Assembly: GCA_035703465.1 (NCBI GenBank)
Contig: DASSYC010000127.1
Span: 1 to 56,613 of the forward strand
Reading direction: 5' to 3'
Origin: Microbacterium sp.
Lineage (GTDB): Bacteria > Actinomycetota > Actinomycetes > Actinomycetales > Microbacteriaceae
Length of the DNA stretch: 56,613 nt
Made by a program: the position numbers and the translations under genes. Positions 1-10,939 of this stretch are shown piece by piece (position 1 is the first letter of the stretch; the number at the start of each line of letters is the position of its first letter). The notes below the pieces were generated by a model. That model saw only the letters and a program-made list of their open reading frames with translations. It ran no database searches and had not been told where the DNA came from.

Positions 1-718
1 CATCGGTGCGCACCAGGATGCACCCGCACTCGGGGCAGGTCATCACCGCATCCTCGGCCGCCTGCCGCATCGCCTGCAGGTCCGTTCCGGACAGGACCAT
101 GCGGCACCCCTCGCACGTCTGCCGCCGCAGGAGGGCGGCCCCGGCACTGCGGGTCGCGAGCCGCTCGTAGAGGGCGAGCAGATCGCCGGGCACCGCGGCC
201 GCGACAGCGGCGCGCTCTCGCGTCGCCGCGTCGAACCGCGCGGTCGCATCGGCCACGGCCGCCTTGGCGTCGGCGCTGAGCCGAGCGCCCTCGTCGTTCG
301 TGACGGCGATGAGCGCCTCCTGGGCGGCGACCTCGGCATCCGCCTCTTCGAGACGCTCCATGAGCTCCAGCTGCGCGTCCTCGAGATCGCTCTTGCGCCG
401 GGCGAGCGACGCGAGCTCGTGCTCCAGGCCCTGGGCGTCCTTCGGGCTGGTCACCGTGGTCAGCAGCTGCGCATCGCGGTCCGCACGGGCATCCACGATC
501 GCCACGTCGGATTCCACGCGGGCGAGCTGGGCGGTGATGTCGTCGCGGACCCCGAGCCGGGTGGCGAGCTCCTGCGACTGCTCCTGCCGCTGCGCGAGCA
601 GCTCCTGCACCCGGCCCGCCTGGGCGGGGCTGCGCCGGGCGTCATCGGCCTGCTTCAGGCGGGCGTCGAGGGCGGCGATGTCGAGCAGCAGGCGCTGGTC
701 TGCAGGGGTCGCGTTCAC
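1..718 (-). CDS. C4-type zinc ribbon domain coiled-coil protein (DUF164/CT398-like); 3' end runs off the window
   Basis: Not in the ORF track. Read by hand from GTG at 718: MNATPADQRLLLDIAALDARLKQ..., a long coiled coil, then CEGC...CPEC near positions 25-117. A TAGGTT -10 box lies 6 nt upstream (725-730). Confidence 0.85.
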   Translation of the reverse strand, partial: MNATPADQRLLLDIAALDARLKQADDARRSPAQAGRVQELLAQRQEQSQELATRLGVRDDITAQLARVESDVAIVDARADRDAQLLTTVTSPKDAQGLEHELASLARRKSDLEDAQLELMERLEEADAEVAAQEALIAVTNDEGARLSADAKAAVADATARFDAATRERAAVAAAVPGDLLALYERLATRSAGAALLRRQTCEGCRMVLSGTDLQAMRQAAEDAVMTCPECGCILVRTD

Positions 719-785
719 GACTCCAACCTATCGTGGGCGCACGCGGTGCCGACTGGGGGGTGCCGCTCGTAGACTGATCCGGTCA

Positions 786-858
786 GGGCCTTTAGCTCAG
801 CTGGCAGAGCAACTGGTTTACACCCAGTAGGTCGTCGGTTCGATCCCGGCAGGGCCCA
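786..858 (+). tRNA. tRNA-Val (anticodon TAC)
   Basis: Cloverleaf with acceptor GGGCCTT/AGGGCCC, anticodon stem ACTGG/CCAGT with TAC at 819-821, and GGTTCGATCC T-arm. CCA is not encoded. TAGACT -10 at 770-775. Confidence 0.97.
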
Positions 859-865
859 CGTGCCC

Positions 866-1324
866 TCACAGGGCCGCGAGGGTCGCGCGATGTGCCTCGA
901 TCGAGCGGGCCGCCCCGGCCTCGGCGACCACGCTCGAGCGCACGACACCCTCACGATCGATGAGGAAGCTCGCCCGGTCGGCGACGCCACGCTCGCGCAG
1001 GAAGACGCCGTAAGCGCCCGCGACCTCGCCGTGCGGCCAGAAATCGGATGCCAGGTCGAACCTGTACCCCTGCTCCTTCGCCCACGCCCGCAGACTGTGC
1101 GGGCTGTCGACGGAGACGCCGACCACGCGCACGGACGCGTCGTCGAAGACGGCGATGTCATCACGCAGCGCGCACAGCTCCTCCTGGCATCGCGGCGAGA
1201 ACGCCAGCGGGAAGAACACCAGCAGAACGGGACCGTCGCGCCACGCCTCGCTCAGCGTGAGGTGGCCGCCGCCCGCGGTCGGCAGGGTGAAGTCCGGGGC
1301 CTGATCACCGGTCTCGATCGTCAT
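866..1324 (-). CDS. 1-Cys peroxiredoxin, AhpE/BCP-like
   Basis: GDQAPDFTL...[13 protein letters not shown] (peroxidatic Cys), [22 protein letters not shown]. Start taken at ATG 1324. Confidence 0.9.
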   Translation of the reverse strand: MTIETGDQAPDFTLPTAGGGHLTLSEAWRDGPVLLVFFPLAFSPRCQEELCALRDDIAVFDDASVRVVGVSVDSPHSLRAWAKEQGYRFDLASDFWPHGEVAGAYGVFLRERGVADRASFLIDREGVVRSSVVAEAGAARSIEAHRATLAAL

Positions 1325-1381
1325 ACCGACATCCTTCCATCGGCGCCGTCGCCGGAGCGACGTGGAGCCGTGGACTGTCGC

Positions 1382-1419
1382 TAGGCTGTTGGCGGCCTGC
1401 TTTGTCGTACGCCGACAAA
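1382..1419 (+). promoter_or_regulatory. aceE promoter -10 (TAGGCT) followed by inverted repeat TTTGTCG-N5-CGACAAA
   Basis: TAGGCT at 1382-1387. Perfect 7-bp inverted repeat at 1401-1407 and 1413-1419, upstream of the GTG start at 1480. Confidence 0.55.
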
Positions 1420-1479
1420 CGGCATCCACCAGCCACCGTGTTCATCTGGCACGATCTGCCAGCCGACGAAAGGCCTCCT

Positions 1480-4209
<2,730 letters not shown>

Positions 4210-4211
4210 CG

Positions 4212-5447
4212 ATGTCGCCGCGGACGCCGATGGATCGCGACGAGACCCTGGCGTGGCTGCGCCGCATCTCGGGCGACCTGGCCACGGCGACGCTGCGCCG
4301 ACTCGAGCAGTCGCTTCCGTGGTACGCCGAGATGCCGCCGGCGCGCCGCTCGGCGGTGGGACTGGTGGCCCAGGCGGGGATCACGTCGTTCATCCAGTGG
4401 TACGACGATCCGGCATCCACACCCTGGATCGCCGCCGACATCTTCGCCGCGGCGCCTCGTGAGCTGCTGCGCAGCGTGAGCCTGCAGCAGACGCTGCAGC
4501 TGATCCGCGTCACCGTCGAAGTCACCGAGGAGCGGGTCGCGGGCAAGGGCGAGCACCTGCGCGAGGCCATCCTGCTCTATTCGCGCGAGGTCGCGTTCGC
4601 CGCCGCCGACGTCTACGCGCGCGCGGCCGAGGCGCGCGGTCTCTGGGATGCCCGGCTCGAGGCGCTCGTGGTCGACTCGATCCTGACCGGGGAGACCGAC
4701 GAGGAGCTGCCCAGCCGCATCGCCGCGCTGGGCTGGCACGGCCACGGCGAGGCCTGCGTGCTCGTGGGCACCACTCCCCCGCAGTTCGACATCGATCAGC
4801 TGCGCCGCCTGGCCCGCAAGCTGGGCGTGGACGTGCTGATCGGCGTGCAGGGTTCGCGTCTGGTCATCGTCATCGGCCGGGCGCAGCCTTCCGGGCGGCC
4901 GGGAGAGGATCCCGGGCCGGAGCTTTCCTTCCCCGAGATCGCCCGCCAGCTGGAGCCGGGGTTCGGGGAGGGCTATCTCGTGATCGGGCCGCCGGTGACC
5001 GCTCTGGTGGATGCGAGCCAGAGCGCCCGGGCGGCGCTGGCGGGCTTCGCCGTCGCCCGCGGCTGGCGCAACGCCCCCCGACCGGTGGAGGCGGACGACC
5101 TGCTGCCCGAGCGGGCTCTGGCCGGCGATCCGCTGGCACGGCAGACCCTGGTCGAGCGCATCTACCGGCCGCTGCAGGCGCACAGCACGGATCTGGTTGC
5201 GACCCTGTGGAGCTACCTCGACAACGGCCGCTCGCTGGAGGCCACCGCGCGGGAGCTGTTCGTGCACCCGAACACGGTGCGGTATCGCCTGAAGCGGGTG
5301 TCGGACGTCATCGGCTGGGATGCCACGGGACCGCGCGAGGCCCTGATCCTGCAGACAGCGCTCATCCTGGGCTCCATCGGTCCCGCCGAGGTCCGACGAC
5401 GTCCTGCGACCGGCCGACGCGGATCAGTGTCGGAAAGCGTCCATTGA
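4212..5447 (+). CDS. fasR: PucR-family fatty-acid biosynthesis regulator (FasR/MabR-like)
   Basis: LPWYAEMPPARRSAVGLVAQAGI, AAEARGLWDAR, C-terminal HTH LEATARELFVHPNTVRYRL. Sits directly upstream of fabD-fabH-acpP-fabF. Confidence 0.88.
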   Translation: MSPRTPMDRDETLAWLRRISGDLATATLRRLEQSLPWYAEMPPARRSAVGLVAQAGITSFIQWYDDPASTPWIAADIFAAAPRELLRSVSLQQTLQLIRVTVEVTEERVAGKGEHLREAILLYSREVAFAAADVYARAAEARGLWDARLEALVVDSILTGETDEELPSRIAALGWHGHGEACVLVGTTPPQFDIDQLRRLARKLGVDVLIGVQGSRLVIVIGRAQPSGRPGEDPGPELSFPEIARQLEPGFGEGYLVIGPPVTALVDASQSARAALAGFAVARGWRNAPRPVEADDLLPERALAGDPLARQTLVERIYRPLQAHSTDLVATLWSYLDNGRSLEATARELFVHPNTVRYRLKRVSDVIGWDATGPREALILQTALILGSIGPAEVRRRPATGRRGSVSESVH

Positions 5448-5494
5448 GGGGAGAATGACAACGATGCCGCGGATTCTTGTGACAGGTTCCACCA
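5444..5494. promoter_or_regulatory. Two imperfect TTGT-N10-ACAA-like boxes upstream of fabD (putative FasR operators)
   Basis: TTGAGGGGAGAATGACAA at 5444-5461 and TTGTGACAGGTTCCACCA at 5477-5494, 33 bp apart. Confidence 0.4.
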
Positions 5495-5528
5495 GCGAGG
5501 GGTCTGAGATGATTGGCAGGATGGAAGC

Positions 5529-6452
5529 GTGATCATCGTCGTCTGCCCGGGTCAGGGCGCTCAAACCCCGGGCTTCCTCGAGCCATGGCTTGCACTCGAC
5601 GGAGCACGAGATCGCCTCGCGGCGTACTCGGAGGCGTCCGAGGTCGACGTCATCGAGCACGGTGTGCATTCGGATGCCGCCGTCATCCGCGACACGAGCA
5701 TCGCCCAGCCGCTCATCGTCGCGTCGAGCCTGCTCACCTGGCACGCCCTCCAGGATCGCATCACCACCGGGGCCGTCCGCGGCATCGCCGGGCACTCGGT
5801 GGGCGAGCTTGCGGCCCTCGCCGGAGCGGGCGTGCTCACCGATGACGCCGCGATGCGCCTGGTCGGGATCCGCGCTCGCGCGATGGCGCATGCCGCAGCG
5901 TTCGAGATCACCGGGATGAGCGCCGTTCTCGGGGGTGCCGAGCACGTGGTGCTGGGCCGAATCGGAGAACTCGGCCTGACGGCGGCCAACCGCAACGGCG
6001 GCGGGCAGATCGTCGCGGCAGGCGGCATCGGCCAGCTCGACCAGCTGCGCCAGCAGCCGCCGCACGGCGCGCGCGTCATCCCGCTGCAGGTGGCGGGTGC
6101 GTTCCACACGGTGTTCATGGAGCCGGCCGTGGAACGGATGCGACGCGCGGCCGCCGAAGTGCTGACGGCAGATCCCGAGATCGCCGTGTGGACCAATCAC
6201 GACGGCTCGCTGGTCACGTCCGGGCGCGAGGCGCTCGATCTCGTCGTCGGCCAGATCGCCTCGCCCGTGCGGTGGGATCTGTGCATGCAGTCCTTCGCCG
6301 GCAACGGTGTGACGGGGATCATCGAGATGGCGCCCGCAGGCGTCCTCACGGGGCTGGCCAAGCGTGCGCTCAAGGGCGTTCCCACCGTGGCGCTGCGGAC
6401 GCCGGACGATCTCGATGACGCGGTCGCGCTGATCGCGAGGGACCGCGCATGA
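5529..6452 (+). CDS. fabD: Malonyl-CoA:ACP transacylase
   Basis: PGQGAQ, AQP, GHSVGE, GAFHT, QIASPVRW motifs. Confidence 0.96.
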   Translation: MIIVVCPGQGAQTPGFLEPWLALDGARDRLAAYSEASEVDVIEHGVHSDAAVIRDTSIAQPLIVASSLLTWHALQDRITTGAVRGIAGHSVGELAALAGAGVLTDDAAMRLVGIRARAMAHAAAFEITGMSAVLGGAEHVVLGRIGELGLTAANRNGGGQIVAAGGIGQLDQLRQQPPHGARVIPLQVAGAFHTVFMEPAVERMRRAAAEVLTADPEIAVWTNHDGSLVTSGREALDLVVGQIASPVRWDLCMQSFAGNGVTGIIEMAPAGVLTGLAKRALKGVPTVALRTPDDLDDAVALIARDRA

Positions 6453-7450
6453 CCGCGACGCTGCGGCAGACGACCGGGCCTGCTCACACGCGGATCTACG
6501 CCTACGGCGCGGCGCGCGGCGAGAACGCGGTCCCCAACGACGACCTCGTCGGGCCGATCGACTCGAGTGACGAGTGGATCCGTCAGCGCACCGGCATCGT
6601 GACCCGCGTCCGTGCAGACAGGGGCACCGATGCGATCGACCTCGCGACCGACGCGGCCGCCGAGGCCATCGCCCGCTCGGGGATCGACCCCACCGCCGTG
6701 GATGCGGTCATCGTCGCGACGGTCAGCAATCCCAAGCAGACGCCGTCGGTGTCGGCGATCGTCGCCGATCGCATCGGCGCAAACCCTGCTGCCGCCTACG
6801 ACGTCAACGCGGCCTGTGCGGGCTTCGCGTACGGCATCGCCCAGGCGGACGCACTGATCCGAGCCGGCGCCGCCCACTACGCCGTGGTGGTCGGAGCCGA
6901 GAAGCTCAGCGACATCGTCGACCCGACCGATCGCAGCATCTCGTTCCTGCTCGGCGACGGCGCCGGAGCGGCAGTCATCGGCCCGAGCGACGCGCCGGGC
7001 ATCGGCCCGACGGTGTGGGGCTCGGACGGATCCCGCGCTGACGCGGTGGGGATGAACGGCACCCTCACCCAGTTCCGTGACGGCGAGGTCCCGTGGCCCA
7101 CGCTGCGTCAGGAGGGCCCGACCGTGTTCCGGTGGGCCGTGTGGGAGATGGTCAAGGTCGCGCGCCAGGCCCTCGAGGAGGCGGGCGTGGAGGCATCCGA
7201 TCTCGCCGCCTTCATCCCCCACCAGGCGAACATGCGCATCATCGACGAGTTCGCCAAGCAGCTGAAGCTGCCTGAGACCGTCGCCATCGCGCGCGACATC
7301 GAGACGACCGGCAACACGTCGGCCGCCTCCATCCCGCTCGCGACGCACCGGCTGCTCGAGGAGAATCCCGACCTCAGCGGAGGTCTCGCGCTGCAGATCG
7401 GCTTCGGCGCCGGCCTCGTCTTCGGCGCGCAGGTGGTCGTGCTTCCGTGA
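6449..7450 (+). CDS. fabH: Beta-ketoacyl-ACP synthase III
   Basis: SSDEWIRQRTGI, AACAGF, GDGAGA, PHQAN, GNTSAAS. Confidence 0.97.
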   Translation: MTATLRQTTGPAHTRIYAYGAARGENAVPNDDLVGPIDSSDEWIRQRTGIVTRVRADRGTDAIDLATDAAAEAIARSGIDPTAVDAVIVATVSNPKQTPSVSAIVADRIGANPAAAYDVNAACAGFAYGIAQADALIRAGAAHYAVVVGAEKLSDIVDPTDRSISFLLGDGAGAAVIGPSDAPGIGPTVWGSDGSRADAVGMNGTLTQFRDGEVPWPTLRQEGPTVFRWAVWEMVKVARQALEEAGVEASDLAAFIPHQANMRIIDEFAKQLKLPETVAIARDIETTGNTSAASIPLATHRLLEENPDLSGGLALQIGFGAGLVFGAQVVVLP

Positions 7451-7535
7451 TGCCGGCCGTCGCGACTCTAGACTGAACTGCGGCCCCGGCCGAAGAATCA
7501 TCGATACTCCGATCAAGTAAGGACAGGGAGAAACC

Positions 7536-7784
7536 ATGGCATTCACCAACGACGAGGTCCTCGCCGGGCTCGCCGAGCTCATCACCGACGAGACCGGGAT
7601 CTCGGCGGACGCGGTCGCGCTGGAGAAGTCGTTCACCGACGATCTCGACATCGACTCGATCTCCATGATGACGATCGTCGTCAACGCCGAGGAGAAGTTC
7701 GGCGTCACCATCCCGGACGACGAGGTGAAGAACCTCAAGACCGTCGGCGACGCCGTCACCTACATCGCGTCGAACCAGGCGTGA
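7536..7784 (+). CDS. acpP: Acyl carrier protein
   Basis: DDLDIDSISM phosphopantetheine site; GGAGA RBS; own TAGACT -10 at 7469-7474. Confidence 0.97.
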   Translation: MAFTNDEVLAGLAELITDETGISADAVALEKSFTDDLDIDSISMMTIVVNAEEKFGVTIPDDEVKNLKTVGDAVTYIASNQA

Positions 7785-7790
7785 GCCACA

Positions 7791-7825
7791 CGGCGGGCGG
7801 GGCGCCTCGGCGTGCCCGCCCGCCG
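7791..7825 (+). terminator. Strong GC hairpin between acpP and fabF (partial terminator or 3' stabiliser)
   Basis: CGGCGGGCGGG (7791-7801) pairs with CCCGCCCGCCG (7815-7825). Confidence 0.65.
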
Positions 7826-7866
7826 GTGTTCGCGCATCCCGCTTTGCCTCACAGAGGATCCAATCC

Positions 7867-9105
7867 ATGAGCACCTCCCGCATCGTCGTCACCGGCATCG
7901 GCGCCACGTCGCCCATCGGCGGCACCGCTCCTGAGAGCTGGGCCGCCCTGCTGGAGGGTGCCTCCGGCACCCACACGCTCGACCACGACTGGGTGGAGGA
8001 GCACAGCCTCCCGGTCACGTTCGCGGCGGAGGCGCTGGTGCGGCCTGAGACGGTGCTGGAGCGCCCCATCGCCAAGCGCCTCGACCCCGCCTCCCAGCTT
8101 GCGCTGGTCGCGGCGATGGAGGCGTGGGCGGACGCGGGCAGCCCCGACGTCGAGCCGGACCGGCTCGGGGTCGACTTCGCCACCGGCATCGGCGGGGTCT
8201 GGACGCTGCTGGACGCGTGGGACACTCTCAGGGAGAAGGGCCCGCGCCGGGTCATGCCGATGACGGTGCCCATGTTGATGCCGAACGCCGCAGCGGGCAA
8301 CCTGTCGCTGCACTTCGGCGCGCAGGCCTATGCGCGCACCGTCGCCAGCGCCTGCGCGTCGAGCACGGAATCGATCATCAATGCGCTCGAGCACATCCGC
8401 GCCGGGTACGCGGACGTCGTGATCGCCGGGGGCACCGAGTCGGCGATCCATCCCATCACCCTCGCGGCCTTCTCGTCGATGCAGGCCCTGTCGCGGCGCA
8501 ACGACTCCCCCGAGACCGCATCGCGCCCGGGCAGCATCGACAGGGACGGCTTCGTGATGGGCGAGGGCGCCGGTGCGCTCATCCTCGAGACCGAGGAGCA
8601 TGCCCGCGCGCGCGGCGCGAAGATCTACGCCGCAGTCGTGGGCGGGGGTGTGACCGCCGACTCGTACCACATCACCGCCAACGACCCCGAGGGCAGAGGG
8701 GCCGCCCGCGCCGTGCGCATGGCCCTGAAGATGGCGGATGCCTCGCCCGAGGACGTCACCCACATCAACGCCCACGCCACGTCAACCCCGGTGGGCGATC
8801 CGAACGAATATCAGGCCCTGCTCACGGTCTTCGGCGACCGCGTGCGCGAGATCCCCACCTCGGCCACGAAGGCCTCCACCGGACACCTCCTGGGCGGCAC
8901 GGGTGCCCTCGAGGCGATCTTCACCGTGCTCGCACTGCGCGACCGAATCGCCCCGCCGACCATCAACATCACCGAGCAGGACCCGGAGGTGCCGTTCCTG
9001 CTCTCCGGGGAGGGTCAGCCGCTCACCGCGGGCGATCAGTTCGCCATCAGCAACTCGTTCGGCTTCGGCGGCCACAACGCCGTCGCGGCGTTCACGACCG
9101 CCTGA
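7867..9105 (+). CDS. fabF: Beta-ketoacyl-ACP synthase II
   Basis: SACASS, GFVMGEGAG, HINAHATST, GHLLGG, NSFGFGGHN. Confidence 0.97.
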   Translation: MSTSRIVVTGIGATSPIGGTAPESWAALLEGASGTHTLDHDWVEEHSLPVTFAAEALVRPETVLERPIAKRLDPASQLALVAAMEAWADAGSPDVEPDRLGVDFATGIGGVWTLLDAWDTLREKGPRRVMPMTVPMLMPNAAAGNLSLHFGAQAYARTVASACASSTESIINALEHIRAGYADVVIAGGTESAIHPITLAAFSSMQALSRRNDSPETASRPGSIDRDGFVMGEGAGALILETEEHARARGAKIYAAVVGGGVTADSYHITANDPEGRGAARAVRMALKMADASPEDVTHINAHATSTPVGDPNEYQALLTVFGDRVREIPTSATKASTGHLLGGTGALEAIFTVLALRDRIAPPTINITEQDPEVPFLLSGEGQPLTAGDQFAISNSFGFGGHNAVAAFTTA

Positions 9106-9106
9106 C

Positions 9107-9182
9107 TCAGGCGGGGGCGATTCGCCTTCCCAGCACCGGGATCCGTCACCGGCATCCGATAGTCGCGCCTCGCCCCGCCTGA
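9107..9182. repeat. 76-bp intergenic element bounded by imperfect ~13-bp inverted repeats between convergent fabF and DUF3145
   Basis: TCAGGCGGGGGCGA (9107-9120) versus TCGCCCCGCCTGA (9170-9182); internal CGGCATCC. Confidence 0.5.
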
Positions 9183-9185
9183 ATG

Positions 9186-9689
9186 TCAGCCGACCTTGTG
9201 GAGCCAGACGACCGGCACGTCGTCGCCGGCATGCCGGAAGGGCTCCAGTTCGTCGTCCCACGCGGCGCCCAGCGCCACGGCGAGCTCACGGTGCAGCTCG
9301 AAGGCATCGCCGGCGGCCAGCTCCATCGCGTAGCGGATGCGGTCCTCGCCGATGACGACGTTGCCGGCGGTATCGGTCTGCGCATAGTGGATGCCGAGAT
9401 CCGGTGTATGCAGCCAGCGCCCGCCGTCGCTGCGCGGCGTCGGGTCTTCGGTGACCTCGTAGCGAAGGTGCTCCCAGCCGCGGATCGCGGTGGTGAGCTG
9501 GGCGCCCGTGCCCGCGGGCCCCTCCCAGTAGTACTCGGTCCGCCGCGCGCCGGCCAGGACCGGCTGATCGGCCCAGTCGAAGCTGACGGGCCGGCCGAGC
9601 GCGCGACCGACGGCCCACTCCAGGTGGGGGCACAACGCGCGTGGCGCGGAGTGAATCAAGATCACCCCACGCGCCTGTGGTGTCGCCAT
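9186..9689 (-). CDS. DUF3145 family protein
   Basis: RGVILIHSAPRALCPHLEWAV...WEHLRYEVTEDP...GAAWDDELEPFR...WLHKVG; convergent on fabF, the usual actinobacterial position. Confidence 0.92.
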   Translation of the reverse strand: MATPQARGVILIHSAPRALCPHLEWAVGRALGRPVSFDWADQPVLAGARRTEYYWEGPAGTGAQLTTAIRGWEHLRYEVTEDPTPRSDGGRWLHTPDLGIHYAQTDTAGNVVIGEDRIRYAMELAAGDAFELHRELAVALGAAWDDELEPFRHAGDDVPVVWLHKVG

Positions 9690-9858
9690 CCGTCTCTCCG
9701 TTCCTCAGGTGCGTCTTCCCCTACGACCTGTGTCACGTGAACGTGGCGTTGTTCGGTTGTGCGCCCATTATCGCCCACCCGCACCCGAAATGACAAGCGT
9801 GTCATTCGGCGCGTTCCGGATGCGCGGGGCAGTCGCCCGTAGGATGGATCACGGCTCG

Positions 9859-9932
9859 GCCCCGATAGCTCAGCCGGTCAGAGCAGCGGACTCATAATCC
9901 GTCGGTCGCGGGTTCAAGCCCCGCTCGGGGCA
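9859..9932 (+). tRNA. tRNA with CAT anticodon, probably tRNA-Ile2 (lysidine)
   Basis: Acceptor GCCCCGA/TCGGGGC, anticodon arm GCGGA-CTCATAA-TCCGT, T-arm GGTTCAAGCC. G1:C72 pair (not initiator) and C4:G69/C5:G68 pairs typical of TilS substrates. Confidence 0.93.
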
Positions 9933-10048
9933 CTTCTCGGCTCCCTCTGCGGGCGGCCCGGTATCACGCCCTCGTCGTCCCCCTCTCACACAAGGGGCGA
10001 ACTCAGAGGGGGCGCGGACATGCGCGACGACGACAGTCGCCGGGGACT

Positions 10049-10879
10049 GTGATGGTCTCGGCGAGCACGGCCAGGTTCTACAACGCTCGACCCAACGGCC
10101 TCCAGCGATTCGGAGCGCCGCGAGACGGGGGTGCCCGGAAGCATCGCGGCACTGACTTCTCGCACTCGACCAGTCCCGGCACGGCTGTTCCGGCGCTGCT
10201 GGGGGGCAGAGTCACCGGCAAGCTCAAGCCGGGACCCGGTCACGGGTTCGGATTCCAGATCACCACGAGGGTCGTCCTCGATGGCAGGACGTGGGACGTC
10301 TCCTACGCACACGGCAGTCGCACCTCGCCGTTCACGGTGGGCGACTCCGTGAAGCAGGGCGACCTGCTCTCCACGGAGGGCCTGACCGGCGCAACCCAGG
10401 GCCCCTGCATGCATCTCGAGGTGTTCGATGTCTCCGCCGGCAGGTTCGTCGATCCCATGATCCTCGTGAAGAAGGTCCTCGGCGGTGGAGGCGGTGGATC
10501 GGCGGCGTCTCTCGGGCTGGTCGCCGCGCTTCCGAAGCCCGCTCAGGCACTGGCGTGGCGCTGGACAGGCGTGCAGCGCATGCTCAGAGCCCGGCACGGG
10601 TTCACGGGCACGATCGGCGCGAAGCCCGGCACTGCATCGGTCGCGGCATTCCAGAGGTTCATGAACACGGAGGGCTACGCGCGCCGTGCGCCCAGACTCA
10701 CGCGCAACCTCATCGTGGACGGCGCCTGGGGCGCCAACGAGGTGCGGGCGATGCAGCAGTGGCTCACCGAGCGATGGCAGTACTCCGGTGGCGTCGACGG
10801 CGCGCCGGGGCCGGGCACGAAGGCCGCATTCGGCCGCGCCGAGAAGGGCAATGCGGCGGCATTCGCCGCGTTCAGCTGA
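10049..10879 (+). CDS. M23-family peptidase with C-terminal peptidoglycan-binding repeats (endolysin-like)
   Basis: HRGTDF (HxxxD), SYAH, GDSVKQGD, G.TG...GPCMHLEV...VDP, Gly-rich linker, then repeated VDGxxG...AxQxxL motifs. No signal peptide seen. Confidence 0.8.
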   Translation: MMVSASTARFYNARPNGLQRFGAPRDGGARKHRGTDFSHSTSPGTAVPALLGGRVTGKLKPGPGHGFGFQITTRVVLDGRTWDVSYAHGSRTSPFTVGDSVKQGDLLSTEGLTGATQGPCMHLEVFDVSAGRFVDPMILVKKVLGGGGGGSAASLGLVAALPKPAQALAWRWTGVQRMLRARHGFTGTIGAKPGTASVAAFQRFMNTEGYARRAPRLTRNLIVDGAWGANEVRAMQQWLTERWQYSGGVDGAPGPGTKAAFGRAEKGNAAAFAAFS

Positions 10880-10883
10880 CACG

Positions 10884-10921
10884 GGAGGGCCCCGATCCGC
10901 AACGCAGACCGGGGCCCCTCC
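10884..10921. terminator. Hairpin between convergent genes (likely bidirectional terminator)
   Basis: GGAGGGCCCCG pairs with CGGGGCCCCTCC with a single bulge. Confidence 0.55.
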
Positions 10922-10939
10922 GGAGCCGGGCTCAGGCGA

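Noticed and set aside
1402-1479. N-terminal extensions in the ORF track (aceE from 1402, fasR from 3738, dusB from 22597, dnaJ from 35428, rpsT from 43143, SRAP from 52783, etc.)
   Set aside because: They overlap neighbouring genes or promoters; family N-termini and RBS/-10 positions support the shorter starts.
5529-9105. fab cluster as a type II polyketide or secondary-metabolite cluster
   Set aside because: It is the standard primary FAS-II order with no chain-length factor, cyclases or tailoring genes.
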